Shown: positions 40,500 to 48,717 of the stretch, one piece after another | Position numbering within the stretch: the first letter of the stretch is position 1 | Layout: every line of letters starts with the position of its first letter | NCBI GenBank assembly: GCA_963713145.1 | Contig: CAVQKI010000003.1 | Location: 96,532-160,531, forward strand | Length of the DNA stretch: 64,000 nt | From: an uncultured Thermoplasmata archaeon | GTDB taxonomy: Archaea > Thermoplasmatota > Thermoplasmata > Lutacidiplasmatales > UBA184 | Direction: 5' to 3' | Notes under the pieces: generated by a model | The model's database searches: none | What the model was told of the DNA's origin: nothing | The model's input: the letters and a program-made list of their open reading frames with translations, nothing else | Position numbers and translations under genes: made by a program

Positions 40500-40594
40500 G
40501 CGGGACGGCGGCGCGAAGATTTAGCCCTGCCCGCCCGGGCGCCCGCCGAGGAACTCCTTTATCCCGGGGCCCGCTCCTCGACGCCGAAGCTCCG

Positions 40595-41623
40595 ATGGCG
40601 AAGGTCCGGGTGGCGATCAACGGCTACGGTACGATCGGAAAGCGGGTCGCGGACGCGGTGACCAAGCAGCCGGACATGGTCCTCGCGGGCATCTCGAAGA
40701 CACGCCCCAGCTTCGAGGCCCGACGGGCGGCCGAGAAGGGATACCCGCTCTACGTCGCAGGCGCGGGACGCGCGGCCGACTTCGAGACGGTCGGCCTGAA
40801 GGTCGCGGGTTCGCTCGCGGACCTCCTCGCGAAGGCGGATGTCGTGGTGGACGCAACCCCCGACAAGGTCGGGCGCGAGAACCGCGCGACGTACCTCGAC
40901 CGGGGGTTGCGGGCGGTGTTCCAGGGAGGCGAGCCGGCGGACGTCGCCGAGGCGTCCTTCAATGCCCTCGGGAACTACGGGGCCTGCCGCGGGAAGAAGA
41001 CCCTGCGCGTCGTGTCCTGCAACACGACCGGGATCGCCCGTGCGGTCTCGGTGCTCGAGCCCCGCTGGGGCGTCGAGCACTGGGAGGTCACCCTCGTCCG
41101 GCGCGCGGCGGACCCGGCGGAGTCGAAGAAAGGTCCGGTGAACGGGATCCTGCCTACGCTCCATCTCCCCTCGCACCACGGCCCCGACGTGCGGACGATC
41201 TTCCCCGACCTTCCGATAGCGACCACGGCCCTGGTCGTCCCTACGACGCTCATGCACGTGCACGTCAACCACGTGCGTCTGCGGAACCCTCCGCACGACG
41301 TCTCCGAGGTCGTCGCGGCATTCCGGGCGACGCCCCGCTTCCACCTCTTCGCTCCGTGGGAGCACGTGGACGGAACCCCGCAGGTGATGGAGTATGCTCG
41401 CGACCGGGGGATCGGCTTCAACGACATGATGGAGAACGTGATCTGGGAGGAGGGGGTCCGCCTCGACAAGAAGGACCTCTACTTCTTCCAGGCGATCCAC
41501 CAGGAATCGATCGTCGTCCCGGAGAACATCGACGCGATCCGGGCGATGCTGGGGCTTGCTCCCGACGGCCCGAGCTCGATCGCCATGACCGACCGCGCCC
41601 TGGGCCTCGCCACGAAGGGCTGA
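40595..41623 (+). CDS. gap: glyceraldehyde-3-phosphate dehydrogenase, archaeal type II
   Basis: VAINGYGTIGKRVADAV and catalytic VSCNTTG. Confidence 0.9.
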   Translation: MAKVRVAINGYGTIGKRVADAVTKQPDMVLAGISKTRPSFEARRAAEKGYPLYVAGAGRAADFETVGLKVAGSLADLLAKADVVVDATPDKVGRENRATYLDRGLRAVFQGGEPADVAEASFNALGNYGACRGKKTLRVVSCNTTGIARAVSVLEPRWGVEHWEVTLVRRAADPAESKKGPVNGILPTLHLPSHHGPDVRTIFPDLPIATTALVVPTTLMHVHVNHVRLRNPPHDVSEVVAAFRATPRFHLFAPWEHVDGTPQVMEYARDRGIGFNDMMENVIWEEGVRLDKKDLYFFQAIHQESIVVPENIDAIRAMLGLAPDGPSSIAMTDRALGLATKG

Positions 41624-41721
41624 GCGAAGGCCTGGGGCCCCCGACCGGGATTCGCATCCCTCCGGCACCGGTCGGCAGGGTGTTTCACGACCTCCCTCAC
41701 ACGCGTTAAGACCCGGACCGG

Positions 41722-42132
41722 GTGGGTCCCGCCGAGGCTAGCATGAGCGGCGAAGTAGCACACTTTGAGATCCCCGCGGACAACACCGAGAGAGCGCGCA
41801 AGTTCTACTCGACGACCTTCGGCTGGACGTTGACGCAGGTCCCCGGAATGGACTACACGATGGTGGGCACCGGTCCGGCGGACGCGGACGGCATGCCCAA
41901 GGAACCGGGGGTCATCTTCGGCGGGATCGCCAAGCGCGGAGGGCCGATCGAGCATCCGGTGATTACGATCCTGGTCGATGAGATCGCCACCGCGGAGAAG
42001 GCGGTTGAGAAGAACGGCGGGAAGATCGTCCAACGCAAGCAGCCGATCGGTGACGGCACCATGGGGTGGACCGGCTACTTCAAGGACAGCGAAGGGAACG
42101 TGGTCGGCCTCTACCAGTCGCCGAAGAAGTGA
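41722..42132 (+). CDS. VOC/glyoxalase-family protein
   Basis: VAHFEIPADNTERARKFYSTTFGW...GYFKDSEGNVVGLYQ. Confidence 0.7.
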   Translation: MGPAEASMSGEVAHFEIPADNTERARKFYSTTFGWTLTQVPGMDYTMVGTGPADADGMPKEPGVIFGGIAKRGGPIEHPVITILVDEIATAEKAVEKNGGKIVQRKQPIGDGTMGWTGYFKDSEGNVVGLYQSPKK

Positions 42133-42285
42133 CCACGGCCCGTCGGTCCGAGCCGGGCGGATCCGGCCGTTGACCCGGCGCACGGCCCTGGCCGTGCGTC
42201 CGGGTCGTTACCGTTTCTCCGCCGGTCCGCCTCGGCCCGAAAGGAGCCGCTCCGGCCATCGGCGGCCTTTCGCCGCACCCCAATC

Positions 42286-42295
42286 ATCTTATAGC
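42286..42295 (+). promoter_or_regulatory. TATA box upstream of rpoE'
   Basis: atcttatagc lies about 25-30 nt upstream of the ATG at 42318, consistent with a leaderless or short-leader transcript. Confidence 0.45.
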
Positions 42296-42317
42296 GCGCC
42301 TTTCTCGCGCGCGCCGC

Positions 42318-42992
42318 ATGTACTACCTTGACCACCGTCGCGACGTGGTCCGTATCCCTCCGGCCCGCCTCGGGCCCGAGCTTGCGGGCGTGATCTCGGA
42401 GCTCGCCCAGCAGCAGTTCGAGGGCAAGTTGGTCGACGGTCAGAGCCTCGCGGTCACGATCCGTGACGTGAAGCCGATCGGTGAGGGGCATATCATCCAC
42501 GGGGACGGCGGCGTGTACCAGCAGGTCGAGTACGAGGCGCTCCTGTTCCGTCCCGAGATCCAGGAGGTCGTGGAGGGGGCCGTCGTCGAGATCCGCAAGT
42601 TCGGGGCGTTCGTCCGGTTCGGCCCGTTGGACGGGCTGCTCCACGTTTCTCAGATCATGGACGACCGTGTGAACATCGACGAGCACAATCAGCGGCTCGT
42701 CGGCGTCGAATCCAAGCGGGACCTGAAGGTCGGCTACAAGGTGCGGGCGCGGGTCGTTTCGCTCTCCCTCTCCGAGATATCGCCCCGCGACAGCCGCATC
42801 GGACTGACGATGCGCCAGCCGGCCCTCGGCCGGTTCGAGTGGATCGCCGAGGCCCATCGCAAGGCGGACGAGCGTGGGGGCAAGAAGGCGCCCTCGGGCG
42901 CCGGCGCGAAGAAACCCGCCACGCCTGCTCCTGCAAAGCCGGCGGCCAAGGCGGTAGCCAAGGGAGCCGCCGAGGCGGCGAAGGCCCCATGA
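42318..42992 (+). CDS. rpoE: DNA-directed RNA polymerase subunit E' (Rpo7) with Ala/Lys/Pro-rich C-terminal tail
   Basis: Rpo7 N-domain plus S1 domain (VEGAVVEIRKFGAFVRFGPLDGLLHVSQI). Tail GGKKAPSGAGAKKPATPAPAKPAAKAVAKGAAEAAKAP. Confidence 0.85.
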   Translation: MYYLDHRRDVVRIPPARLGPELAGVISELAQQQFEGKLVDGQSLAVTIRDVKPIGEGHIIHGDGGVYQQVEYEALLFRPEIQEVVEGAVVEIRKFGAFVRFGPLDGLLHVSQIMDDRVNIDEHNQRLVGVESKRDLKVGYKVRARVVSLSLSEISPRDSRIGLTMRQPALGRFEWIAEAHRKADERGGKKAPSGAGAKKPATPAPAKPAAKAVAKGAAEAAKAP

Positions 42993-43174
42993 TCAATCTC
43001 AAGGCCTGCAAGAGCTGCCGCACCATCACCGACCAGCTGAAGTGCCCGAAGTGCGGCGGAGAGGTCTCCCGCGAGTGGCAGGGGTATCTCGTCGTGATCG
43101 ACCCGGACAAGTCGGAGATCGCGCGCAAGATGGGGATCCATGCCGCGGGCCGGTACGCGCTCCGCGTCAAGTGA
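42989..43174 (+). CDS. spt4: transcription elongation factor Spt4 (RpoE'')
   Basis: MINLKACKSCRTITDQLKCPKCGG...WQGYLVVIDPDKSEIA. The ATG overlaps the rpoE' stop (ATGA). Confidence 0.8.
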   Translation: MINLKACKSCRTITDQLKCPKCGGEVSREWQGYLVVIDPDKSEIARKMGIHAAGRYALRVK

Positions 43175-43697
43175 CGAGCGCGCTTGGGGCGTTCCCGAGT
43201 CGCTTCGTCCGGTCCTCGCCGAGAGATACGGTCCGGTATACTCCGGGGACGACGCCGACCGGAGGATCCGCGCGCTAGGGACGTTCGGCGCGTGCGGCGA
43301 CCAGGTGGTCGGGCGGGCGATCGACCTCGGCCACCTTCCTCTCGTCGGGATCGTGGACTACAAGACCCGCCGGAGCGAACCCATCCCCGCGGGTCGGTTC
43401 CGCGCGCTCGGCGAGCGCCGTACGATACGCGTGAAGAACCCCGCGGGCGTGCTGACCCAGCGGCTCCGCTCGGCGGTGCGCACTCTCGTGAACGAGGGCG
43501 GCGGGCTCATTGAGGTCGACGGCGAAGAGGACCTCGGGTCGCTCGCGCTCGTCGAATCGCTTCCCGCCGGGGCCACGGTTATATACGGCATCCCGGGTGA
43601 GGGGGTCTCCTTCGTCCGCGTCGACGCGATCTCGAAGGAACACGTACGGCAACTCGTCGCCCTGATGGAGCTGAGGAGAGTCGACCTTGGAGATTAA
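43140..43697 (+). CDS. DUF359 family protein (archaeal GTP-dependent dephospho-CoA kinase type)
   Basis: ACGDQVVGRAIDLGHLPLVGIVDYKTRR and EVDGEEDLGSLA motifs. Conserved position after spt4. Confidence 0.7.
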   Translation: MPRAGTRSASSDERAWGVPESLRPVLAERYGPVYSGDDADRRIRALGTFGACGDQVVGRAIDLGHLPLVGIVDYKTRRSEPIPAGRFRALGERRTIRVKNPAGVLTQRLRSAVRTLVNEGGGLIEVDGEEDLGSLALVESLPAGATVIYGIPGEGVSFVRVDAISKEHVRQLVALMELRRVDLGD

Positions 43698-44334
43698 GAT
43701 CCTCGAGGAGCGCGCGAACCCGCTCCTGAAGCGGCACGAGTATCGGTTCGAGGTCGCTCACGCCACCGCCGCGACCCCGCCCCGGGACGAGGTCCGCACC
43801 GAGCTTGCGAAGCTGGTCAAGGCTCCCAAGGACCGGGTCATCATCGAGCGGATGAACGCCCGTTTCGGCACTGCGATCACGCGGGGCGACGCGAACGTCT
43901 ACGATTCCGCCGAGTCGGCGAAGGTGATAACGCGCGATCACATTCTCGTTCGCAACGGGTTGAAGGAGAAGGAGGCGAAGGGACCGGCCGCGCCAGCCGC
44001 CGCCGAGGCTCCCGCCGAGGCCCCCAAGGCTGAGCCGAAGGCTGAGCCGAAGGCTGAGCCGCAGGCCGAGCCCAAGGCTGATCACAAGCCCGAGCACAAA
44101 CCTGAGCACAAGGCCGAGCACAAGGCCGAGCCGAAGGCTGAGCCGCAGGCCGAGCCCAAGGCTGATCACAAGCCCGAGCACAAGCCTGAGCACAAGGTCG
44201 AGCACAAGGCCGAGCCGAAGGCTGAGCCGCAGGCCGAGCCCAAGGCTGACCACAAGCCCGAGCACAAGCCTGAGCACAAGGTCGAGCACAAGGCCGAGCC
44301 GAAGGCAGAGGCCGCGCCTGCAGAGAAGGAGTGA
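43687..44334 (+). CDS. rps24e: 30S ribosomal protein S24e with ~115-aa repetitive C-terminal extension
   Basis: The N-terminal ~100 aa are canonical S24e (MEIKILEERANPLLKRHEYRFEVAH...). They are followed by AEPK/ADHKPEHKPEHK repeats. Confidence 0.85.
   Translation: MEIKILEERANPLLKRHEYRFEVAHATAATPPRDEVRTELAKLVKAPKDRVIIERMNARFGTAITRGDANVYDSAESAKVITRDHILVRNGLKEKEAKGPAAPAAAEAPAEAPKAEPKAEPKAEPQAEPKADHKPEHKPEHKAEHKAEPKAEPQAEPKADHKPEHKPEHKVEHKAEPKAEPQAEPKADHKPEHKPEHKVEHKAEPKAEAAPAEKE
44029..44306 (+). repeat. 84-bp in-frame tandem repeat, about 3.3 copies, inside rps24e
   Basis: Units start at 44044, 44128 and 44212 (gagccgaaggctgagccgcaggccgagcccaaggctga[t/c]cacaagcccgagcacaa[a/g]cctgagcacaagg[c/t]cgagcacaaggcc). 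Units 2 and 3 differ at one base. Confidence 0.85.
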
Positions 44335-44340
44335 TGCCCG

Positions 44341-44529
44341 ATGGCTAAGGCGCGGGTCGGGCTCTACGAAACCAAGGGCGATACCCTGGTCCGGACCCAC
44401 AAGTCGTGCCCCAAGTGCGGCCCCGGGACGTTCCTCGCCGAGCACGAGGGCCGCCGGTCGTGCGGTCGTTGCGGATACTCCGAGTCCACCGTCGCTCTCG
44501 CGCCCAAGGGAAAGGCCGCGAAGGCCTAG
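44341..44529 (+). CDS. rps27ae: 30S ribosomal protein S27ae
   Basis: [24 protein letters not shown] zinc ribbon in a 62-aa product. Confidence 0.85.
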   Translation: MAKARVGLYETKGDTLVRTHKSCPKCGPGTFLAEHEGRRSCGRCGYSESTVALAPKGKAAKA

Positions 44530-44536
44530 ACCCCCC

Positions 44537-44548
44537 TCTGTTTTCTTC
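44537..44548 (+). terminator. T-rich tract after rps27ae
   Basis: ctctgttttcttcc lies immediately after the stop at 44527-44529. Archaeal terminators are oligo-T. Confidence 0.3.
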
Positions 44549-44595
44549 CGCCGCGCGCTCCGGTACGGCGCCGATGCCGTACGCGGAGGACAGGA

Positions 44596-44949
44596 TTGCT
44601 CGCCTGTACCTACGACCGCGGGTGCGGTTCGTGCAGTTTCTTCGCTCGCGCGGCCGAGGGCACGAGCCACCAGCGTCTGGTCGCGGTCCCGTTGGATGCC
44701 CCGGACGCCGAGCGCGACTTGGGAGATCTTGCCGACGGGGTCCGGTACGGGGCGGCGCATCTCGTGACCCGGGCCGGGCGCGAGACCGGTTCCGACATCG
44801 TGACCCCGCTCGCCCGCCTCGTCCTCGGGGAAAACGTCGCGCGTGTCTGCGGCCGAATCCCGTTCTTGGACCGGTCCCTCCGGCGGGTCTACGTCCGGTT
44901 CTGGAACTACCGTCGCACCCACGGTTGTGCGGCGGCAACGTTTAGCTGA
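44596..44949 (+). CDS. hypothetical protein (possibly starting at ATG 44574 with a frame break)
   Basis: The 117-aa ORF has a strong G/C third-position bias like neighbouring genes and no recognisable family. An upstream ATG frame reads MPYAEDRIARLYLRPRVRFVQF before turning Arg-rich. Confidence 0.35.
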   Translation: MLACTYDRGCGSCSFFARAAEGTSHQRLVAVPLDAPDAERDLGDLADGVRYGAAHLVTRAGRETGSDIVTPLARLVLGENVARVCGRIPFLDRSLRRVYVRFWNYRRTHGCAAATFS

Positions 44950-44971
44950 GCGAGTACTCCGCCCTCGGACC

Positions 44972-45045
44972 GGGCCCGTAGTATAGCTTGGACATCACAG
45001 AGGCCTCCGGAGCCTCGAACCCGGGTTCGAATCCCGGCGGGCCCG
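44972..45045 (+). tRNA. tRNA-Arg (anticodon CCG); D-stem seems to carry one extra base
   Basis: GGGCCCG...GAGGC-CTCCGGA-GCCTC...CCGGG-TTCGAAT-CCCGG-CGGGCCC-G. The D arm GTAT-AGCTTGGAC-ATCAC pairs perfectly only if the C near 44996 is removed. Confidence 0.8.
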
Positions 45046-45212
45046 TCAGATCCACTCGCGTCGCCGTTCGACCGTGCGACCCGAGCGGGGCCGTCGTAGC
45101 GATCATTTCGGCGGCCCGCGGGACCGTCCGGATTCGTCGCGGGCACCCCCCCGCAGGGGGAACGGGTCGCCGATAACGTTCAAGTAAGCGCGCCTGACTC
45201 GGGAAGTCGACG

Positions 45213-45608
45213 ATGCCGGCACAGAAGGACCCCCTGCCGGACATCGAGGCCTCGCTCTCCGAGGAGGAACCGGTCCAGCTCGCCGACCGGATCGAGGAGG
45301 AGCTTGTCCTGCTCGCGCGCAACGTCGATATCCTCGAGCGGCTCTCGCAGAGCCCGCCCATCGGGATCATCCGATTGAGCGAGGCGCTGCGGCTTCCGAT
45401 CCACAAGACCCGGTACTCCCTGCACCTCCTCGAACGGGAAGGGGTCATCCAGCCCTCCGCCGACGGCGCGGTCGTCACCGACCGGGCGCGCGAGTTCTGG
45501 GCGACGCTGAACCGCTCCCTCGAGAGCATGACCACGGTCATCCAGCGTCTGAAGGCGCGGGCCGCGGAGCACGAGGAACGTCAGCCTCCGGCCCGGAAAG
45601 GCTATTAG
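45213..45608 (+). CDS. winged-helix DNA-binding protein, hypothetical regulator
   Basis: 131-aa ORF. SPPIGIIRLSEALRLPIHKTRYSLHLLEREGVIQP resembles a wHTH recognition region. Confidence 0.45.
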   Translation: MPAQKDPLPDIEASLSEEEPVQLADRIEEELVLLARNVDILERLSQSPPIGIIRLSEALRLPIHKTRYSLHLLEREGVIQPSADGAVVTDRAREFWATLNRSLESMTTVIQRLKARAAEHEERQPPARKGY

Positions 45609-45634
45609 AGCGATGCCAGCTCGGCGAGCTCGGT

Positions 45635-45738
45635 GCCGCCGTAGCTCAGCGGCAGAGCGTCCGGCTGTTAACCGGACGGTCAGCGGTTCGAAAGGTTCGC
45701 GGTCAACCTCCGCGGGCCCCAAGCTCCGCTCGGCGGCG
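45635..45738 (+). tRNA. tRNA-Asn (anticodon GTT) with an apparent ~32-nt intron in the T-loop
   Basis: GCCGCCG-TA-GCTC-AGCGGCA-GAGC-G-TCCGG-CTGTTAA-CCGGA-CGGTC-AGCGG-TTCGAA[..32 nt..]CCGCT-CGGCGGC-G. Every stem pairs only if about 45693-45725 is removed. Confidence 0.7.
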
Positions 45739-45757
45739 CCTCGGCGGAGTTCCCGAT

Positions 45758-45833
45758 GGGCCCGTAGCTTAGTCCGGCTCAGAGCGACCGGCTCATAACC
45801 GGTCGGTCGACGGTTCAAATCCGTCCGGGCCCA
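45758..45833 (+). tRNA. tRNA with CAT anticodon (elongator Met or Ile2; not initiator-like)
   Basis: GGGCCCG...ACCGG-CTCATAA-CCGGT...GACGG-TTCAAAT-CCGTC-CGGGCCC-A. It lacks the three G-C pairs at the base of the anticodon stem typical of initiators. Confidence 0.8.
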
Positions 45834-45971
45834 TTTCGCCGGTCCAAACTGCTGTCCGCTCGCGCGTAGGGCAGGGCAGTTCCGGGAGCGGTTCGGATCG
45901 ACGGATGCGCCCCGGGCGCCCTTCCCCCTGTAGGACCGGTGTTAAGTCCGCTGCCTTTCTGAGCGCCGAGG

Positions 45972-46694
45972 ATGACCAACGAGTCGGTGGTCCCTCTGGT
46001 CGAGAGGGCTCCCATCCTCACGGGAACGACCATTCGACGGACGATCACCATCGGCTGGCGGTACCTCGCCATCGGGACGGCCATGTCGCTCCTCCTCGCT
46101 CTAATCCTCCTCGCGGGGGCCCGCAGCGGCTCCGCATTCGCGAAGACGTTCCCCCTGGAGGTGCCGCTCTTCGCGGTCCTCGGCTCCATGGGCGGGTTGA
46201 TGACGTTCACGAGCGACCGGACGAAGGGGGTTTTCGAGTACCTGATCGCGTACGGCATCCGCCCCCGGACCCTGTTCATCGACGGGCTAGTCTCGACGAG
46301 CGCGATGGCCGCGATCATCCTCGGGCTCTCGCTCATCGTCGGCCTAGGAGCGGCGAACGCCTACGGGGTGGCGGTGACCGGCGACCTGGTCAAGTCGGTG
46401 GCCCTCTACACGATACCGATGAGCTTCGCGGGCGCGTTGTTCACGGCCGCGGTGGGAATGATCTGGGCCTCGATCTCCACTCCCCGCACCGGGATCAACA
46501 GCCCGATTGGCATCGCACCCATGGTAGGGATCGCTCCCACGGTTCTCGTCCTGGTCGTCGCAGACACCGTACCGGCTTCGGAGTTCTACTACGTCACCGT
46601 GGGAGCCGCCCTCACGATCATCGCCGTGGTCGTCGCTCTCCTGATGATGTCGGCGCGGCTCATGGGCCGAGAGCGGTTCCTCTCGCCGCTCTGA
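45972..46694 (+). CDS. ABC-2-type transporter permease
   Basis: 240-aa ORF with about six TM segments, directly upstream of an ABC ATPase. Confidence 0.6.
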   Translation: MTNESVVPLVERAPILTGTTIRRTITIGWRYLAIGTAMSLLLALILLAGARSGSAFAKTFPLEVPLFAVLGSMGGLMTFTSDRTKGVFEYLIAYGIRPRTLFIDGLVSTSAMAAIILGLSLIVGLGAANAYGVAVTGDLVKSVALYTIPMSFAGALFTAAVGMIWASISTPRTGINSPIGIAPMVGIAPTVLVLVVADTVPASEFYYVTVGAALTIIAVVVALLMMSARLMGRERFLSPL

Positions 46695-46707
46695 TCGGGG
46701 GTTCTTC

Positions 46708-47608
46708 GATGTCAGGCGTACCGGTTCCCGCTCCCTTGGCCCAACGTTCCAACGGTCGCGGTCCCCACCGGATCGAGGTGCGCGGCGTCAGTTCCGGCTA
46801 TCACGGGAAGCGGGTGCTGGAGGACCTGTCTTTCGTCATCGAGGAGCCGGCGATCTACGTTGTGCTCGGGCCGAACGGGGCCGGTAAGACCACTCTGTTC
46901 CGGACCCTCGCCGGGATCCTCGAACCCTATACCGGGACGGTGGAGATCGATGGGATCGACATCGCCCACCACGAGGCGCGGACCCGACTCCAGTACCTCT
47001 CCCACATCGACGGGATGCCCGACGGCCTTCGGGTCGAGGAGGCGTTGCGGTTCTACGCTACCGTGGAGGGAGTGACGCACCGGGACGTCGAGCGGGTCAT
47101 TCGCCTGCTCGGGATCGAGGAGCTCCGGGGTCGCTTCTTCTCCGAGCTGAGCCAGGGTCAGAAGAAGCGGGTCTCCATCGGCCGGGTCTTTCTCCAGGAG
47201 CGGAGCATCTACCTCCTCGACGAACCGACCAGCAACCTCGACCCGAAGCTGGCCCGCGAGATCCGGGACCTGGTGCTCGCGCTCAGCCGGAACGACCTCG
47301 TGCTCTACTCTTCGCACAACCTGTTCGAAGCGAAGGAGATCGGAAAGTTCGTGCTGGCCCTCCGCGGGGGCCGCGTCGGCTACTTTGGCCTCCTGAGCGA
47401 GCTACGTCCGGCGAAGTATCTCATCGGGATCCGGGCGGAGGGCGCGGAGGGGGTTCTCTCGACCTCCTCCCGACGGGGCGACTACTATGTCCAGGAGCTC
47501 GCCGGACCCGAGGAGGTTCCCAAGCTCATCGCGGAGCTCGTGGCCAAGGGGCTCCAGATCCGCGAGGTCAAGGAGATGGAGAACCCCCTCGAGGACCTGT
47601 TCGCCTGA
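46708..47608 (+). CDS. ABC transporter ATP-binding protein
   Basis: Walker A GPNGAGKTT, signature LSQGQKKR, Walker B IYLLDEPTSNLD. ATG 46708 lies within ORF 45905..47608. Confidence 0.85.
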
Positions 47609-48169
47609 CGGACCGGCCCGAGTCCCCCTGCGCGCCCGCGGAGGGTGGCCCGGACGGACCCGGCGCGAGTACTCGCCCTTCAGCCGTTCTCCCGCGCTGC
47701 GGTTGACCATCGGACCGGCAAGGAGCGTGGAGTTGCTCACGGAGGCCACGGCGCCGTCCGGAAGACGAAGCCAGCAGGTCACGAGGCCGAGCTGGACGAC
47801 CTGGCCCGTCACGCCGCCGACCGTGATGGTGTCGTTCAGCCGTAGCATCCGATTCCGAAGGAGGATGAACCCGGAGATCACGTTCGCGAAGGTCGTCTGC
47901 AGCGCGAGCGTCGCCGCGAGGCCGACGACCGCCGAGACGGCCACGCCCGAGAGGAAGCTGATGGGACCGACGAACTCGACGAAGACCGTGAGACCGACCA
48001 GGACCGTGACGACCAGGAACAACACCCGGACCAGGCGCACCGAGGCGGGCGCCGCGCCCCTCTCGCGAACGCGGTGGCCGGCCCAACGAGAGAGCAGGTA
48101 GCCGACGACGGCGACCGCGCCGATGACGGCTCCGGCTTCCAGCTCGGAGAGGTGGGGGAGGGTCGTCAT
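47402..48169 (-). CDS. small MscS-like mechanosensitive channel protein; 3' end uncertain
   Basis: TM helices plus FANVISGFILLRNRMLRLNDTITVGGVTGQVVQLGL (MscS pore and beta-domain pattern). The last ~70 codons are antisense to the ABC ATPase and look non-genuine. Confidence 0.6.
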   Translation of the reverse strand: MTTLPHLSELEAGAVIGAVAVVGYLLSRWAGHRVRERGAAPASVRLVRVLFLVVTVLVGLTVFVEFVGPISFLSGVAVSAVVGLAATLALQTTFANVISGFILLRNRMLRLNDTITVGGVTGQVVQLGLVTCWLRLPDGAVASVSNSTLLAGPMVNRSAGERLKGEYSRRVRPGHPPRARRGTRAGPSGEQVLEGVLHLLDLADLEPLGHELRDELGNLLGSGELLDIVVAPSGGGRENPLRALRPDPDEILRRT

Positions 48170-48271
48170 GCTTCGCGCGTCCAGGTGCGAACCTCGTCGG
48201 GAAGTATTTAGGGGACGCGGGCGGCTCGGCCCTGAGGAGCGCCGGTCCCCGCTTCCACGACGGGGGGCGGC

Positions 48272-48616
48272 TCAGCGGGGCCGCTTCCCGGAGCGCGAGT
48301 CGAGGCGAACGGCGGCGCGTACGAGGGCTCCGAACGCCCGAGAGTTCGCCTCGGCAACCGAGCGGAGCTTGACGTGGCGCAGGTTCTTTCCGGTCCCCTC
48401 GAGCAAGGGGTGATCCGGCGCCAGGGTCGATCCCCTCCAGAACTCGACCCCGACGTGGCGCTGGAACGCGTAGATCGCGATGACAAGGTCGGTCCCCGAG
48501 TACCATCGCTGGCCCCACTTCGTCACCACACCGAGTTCCGGGCCGACCCGGTGAACTACGTTCCGCGCCGCGCGTTCCACGGCCGCGAGCGATCCGTTCT
48601 CGCGGTCCGGCGGCAT
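48272..48616 (-). CDS. DUF1801 (YdhG-like) domain protein
   Basis: 114-aa ORF. KWGQRWYSGTDLVIAIYAFQRHVGVEFWRG...KNLRHVKL pattern. Confidence 0.5.
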   Translation of the reverse strand: MPPDRENGSLAAVERAARNVVHRVGPELGVVTKWGQRWYSGTDLVIAIYAFQRHVGVEFWRGSTLAPDHPLLEGTGKNLRHVKLRSVAEANSRAFGALVRAAVRLDSRSGKRPR

Positions 48617-48717
48617 GCGGGGGTTCCTGCCGGGCGCGGGTGACTACCGCTCAACCGGGCAAAAGGCCGCGCCCAAAACGGGAGTGGAAGGGGTTGGACC
48701 GGGGCACGCGCGAGAGT

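Noticed and set aside
44029-44306. Regular 84-bp repeats as a possible CRISPR array or satellite.
   Set aside because: The units are directly adjacent with no spacers, are in-frame within rps24e and encode a coherent peptide repeat. This is not CRISPR.
45758-45833. The tRNA-CAT as the initiator tRNA.
   Set aside because: The anticodon stem is ACCGG/CCGGT rather than the three consecutive G-C pairs, and the acceptor starts G1-C72 rather than the archaeal initiator A1-U72. It is an elongator Met or Ile2 instead.
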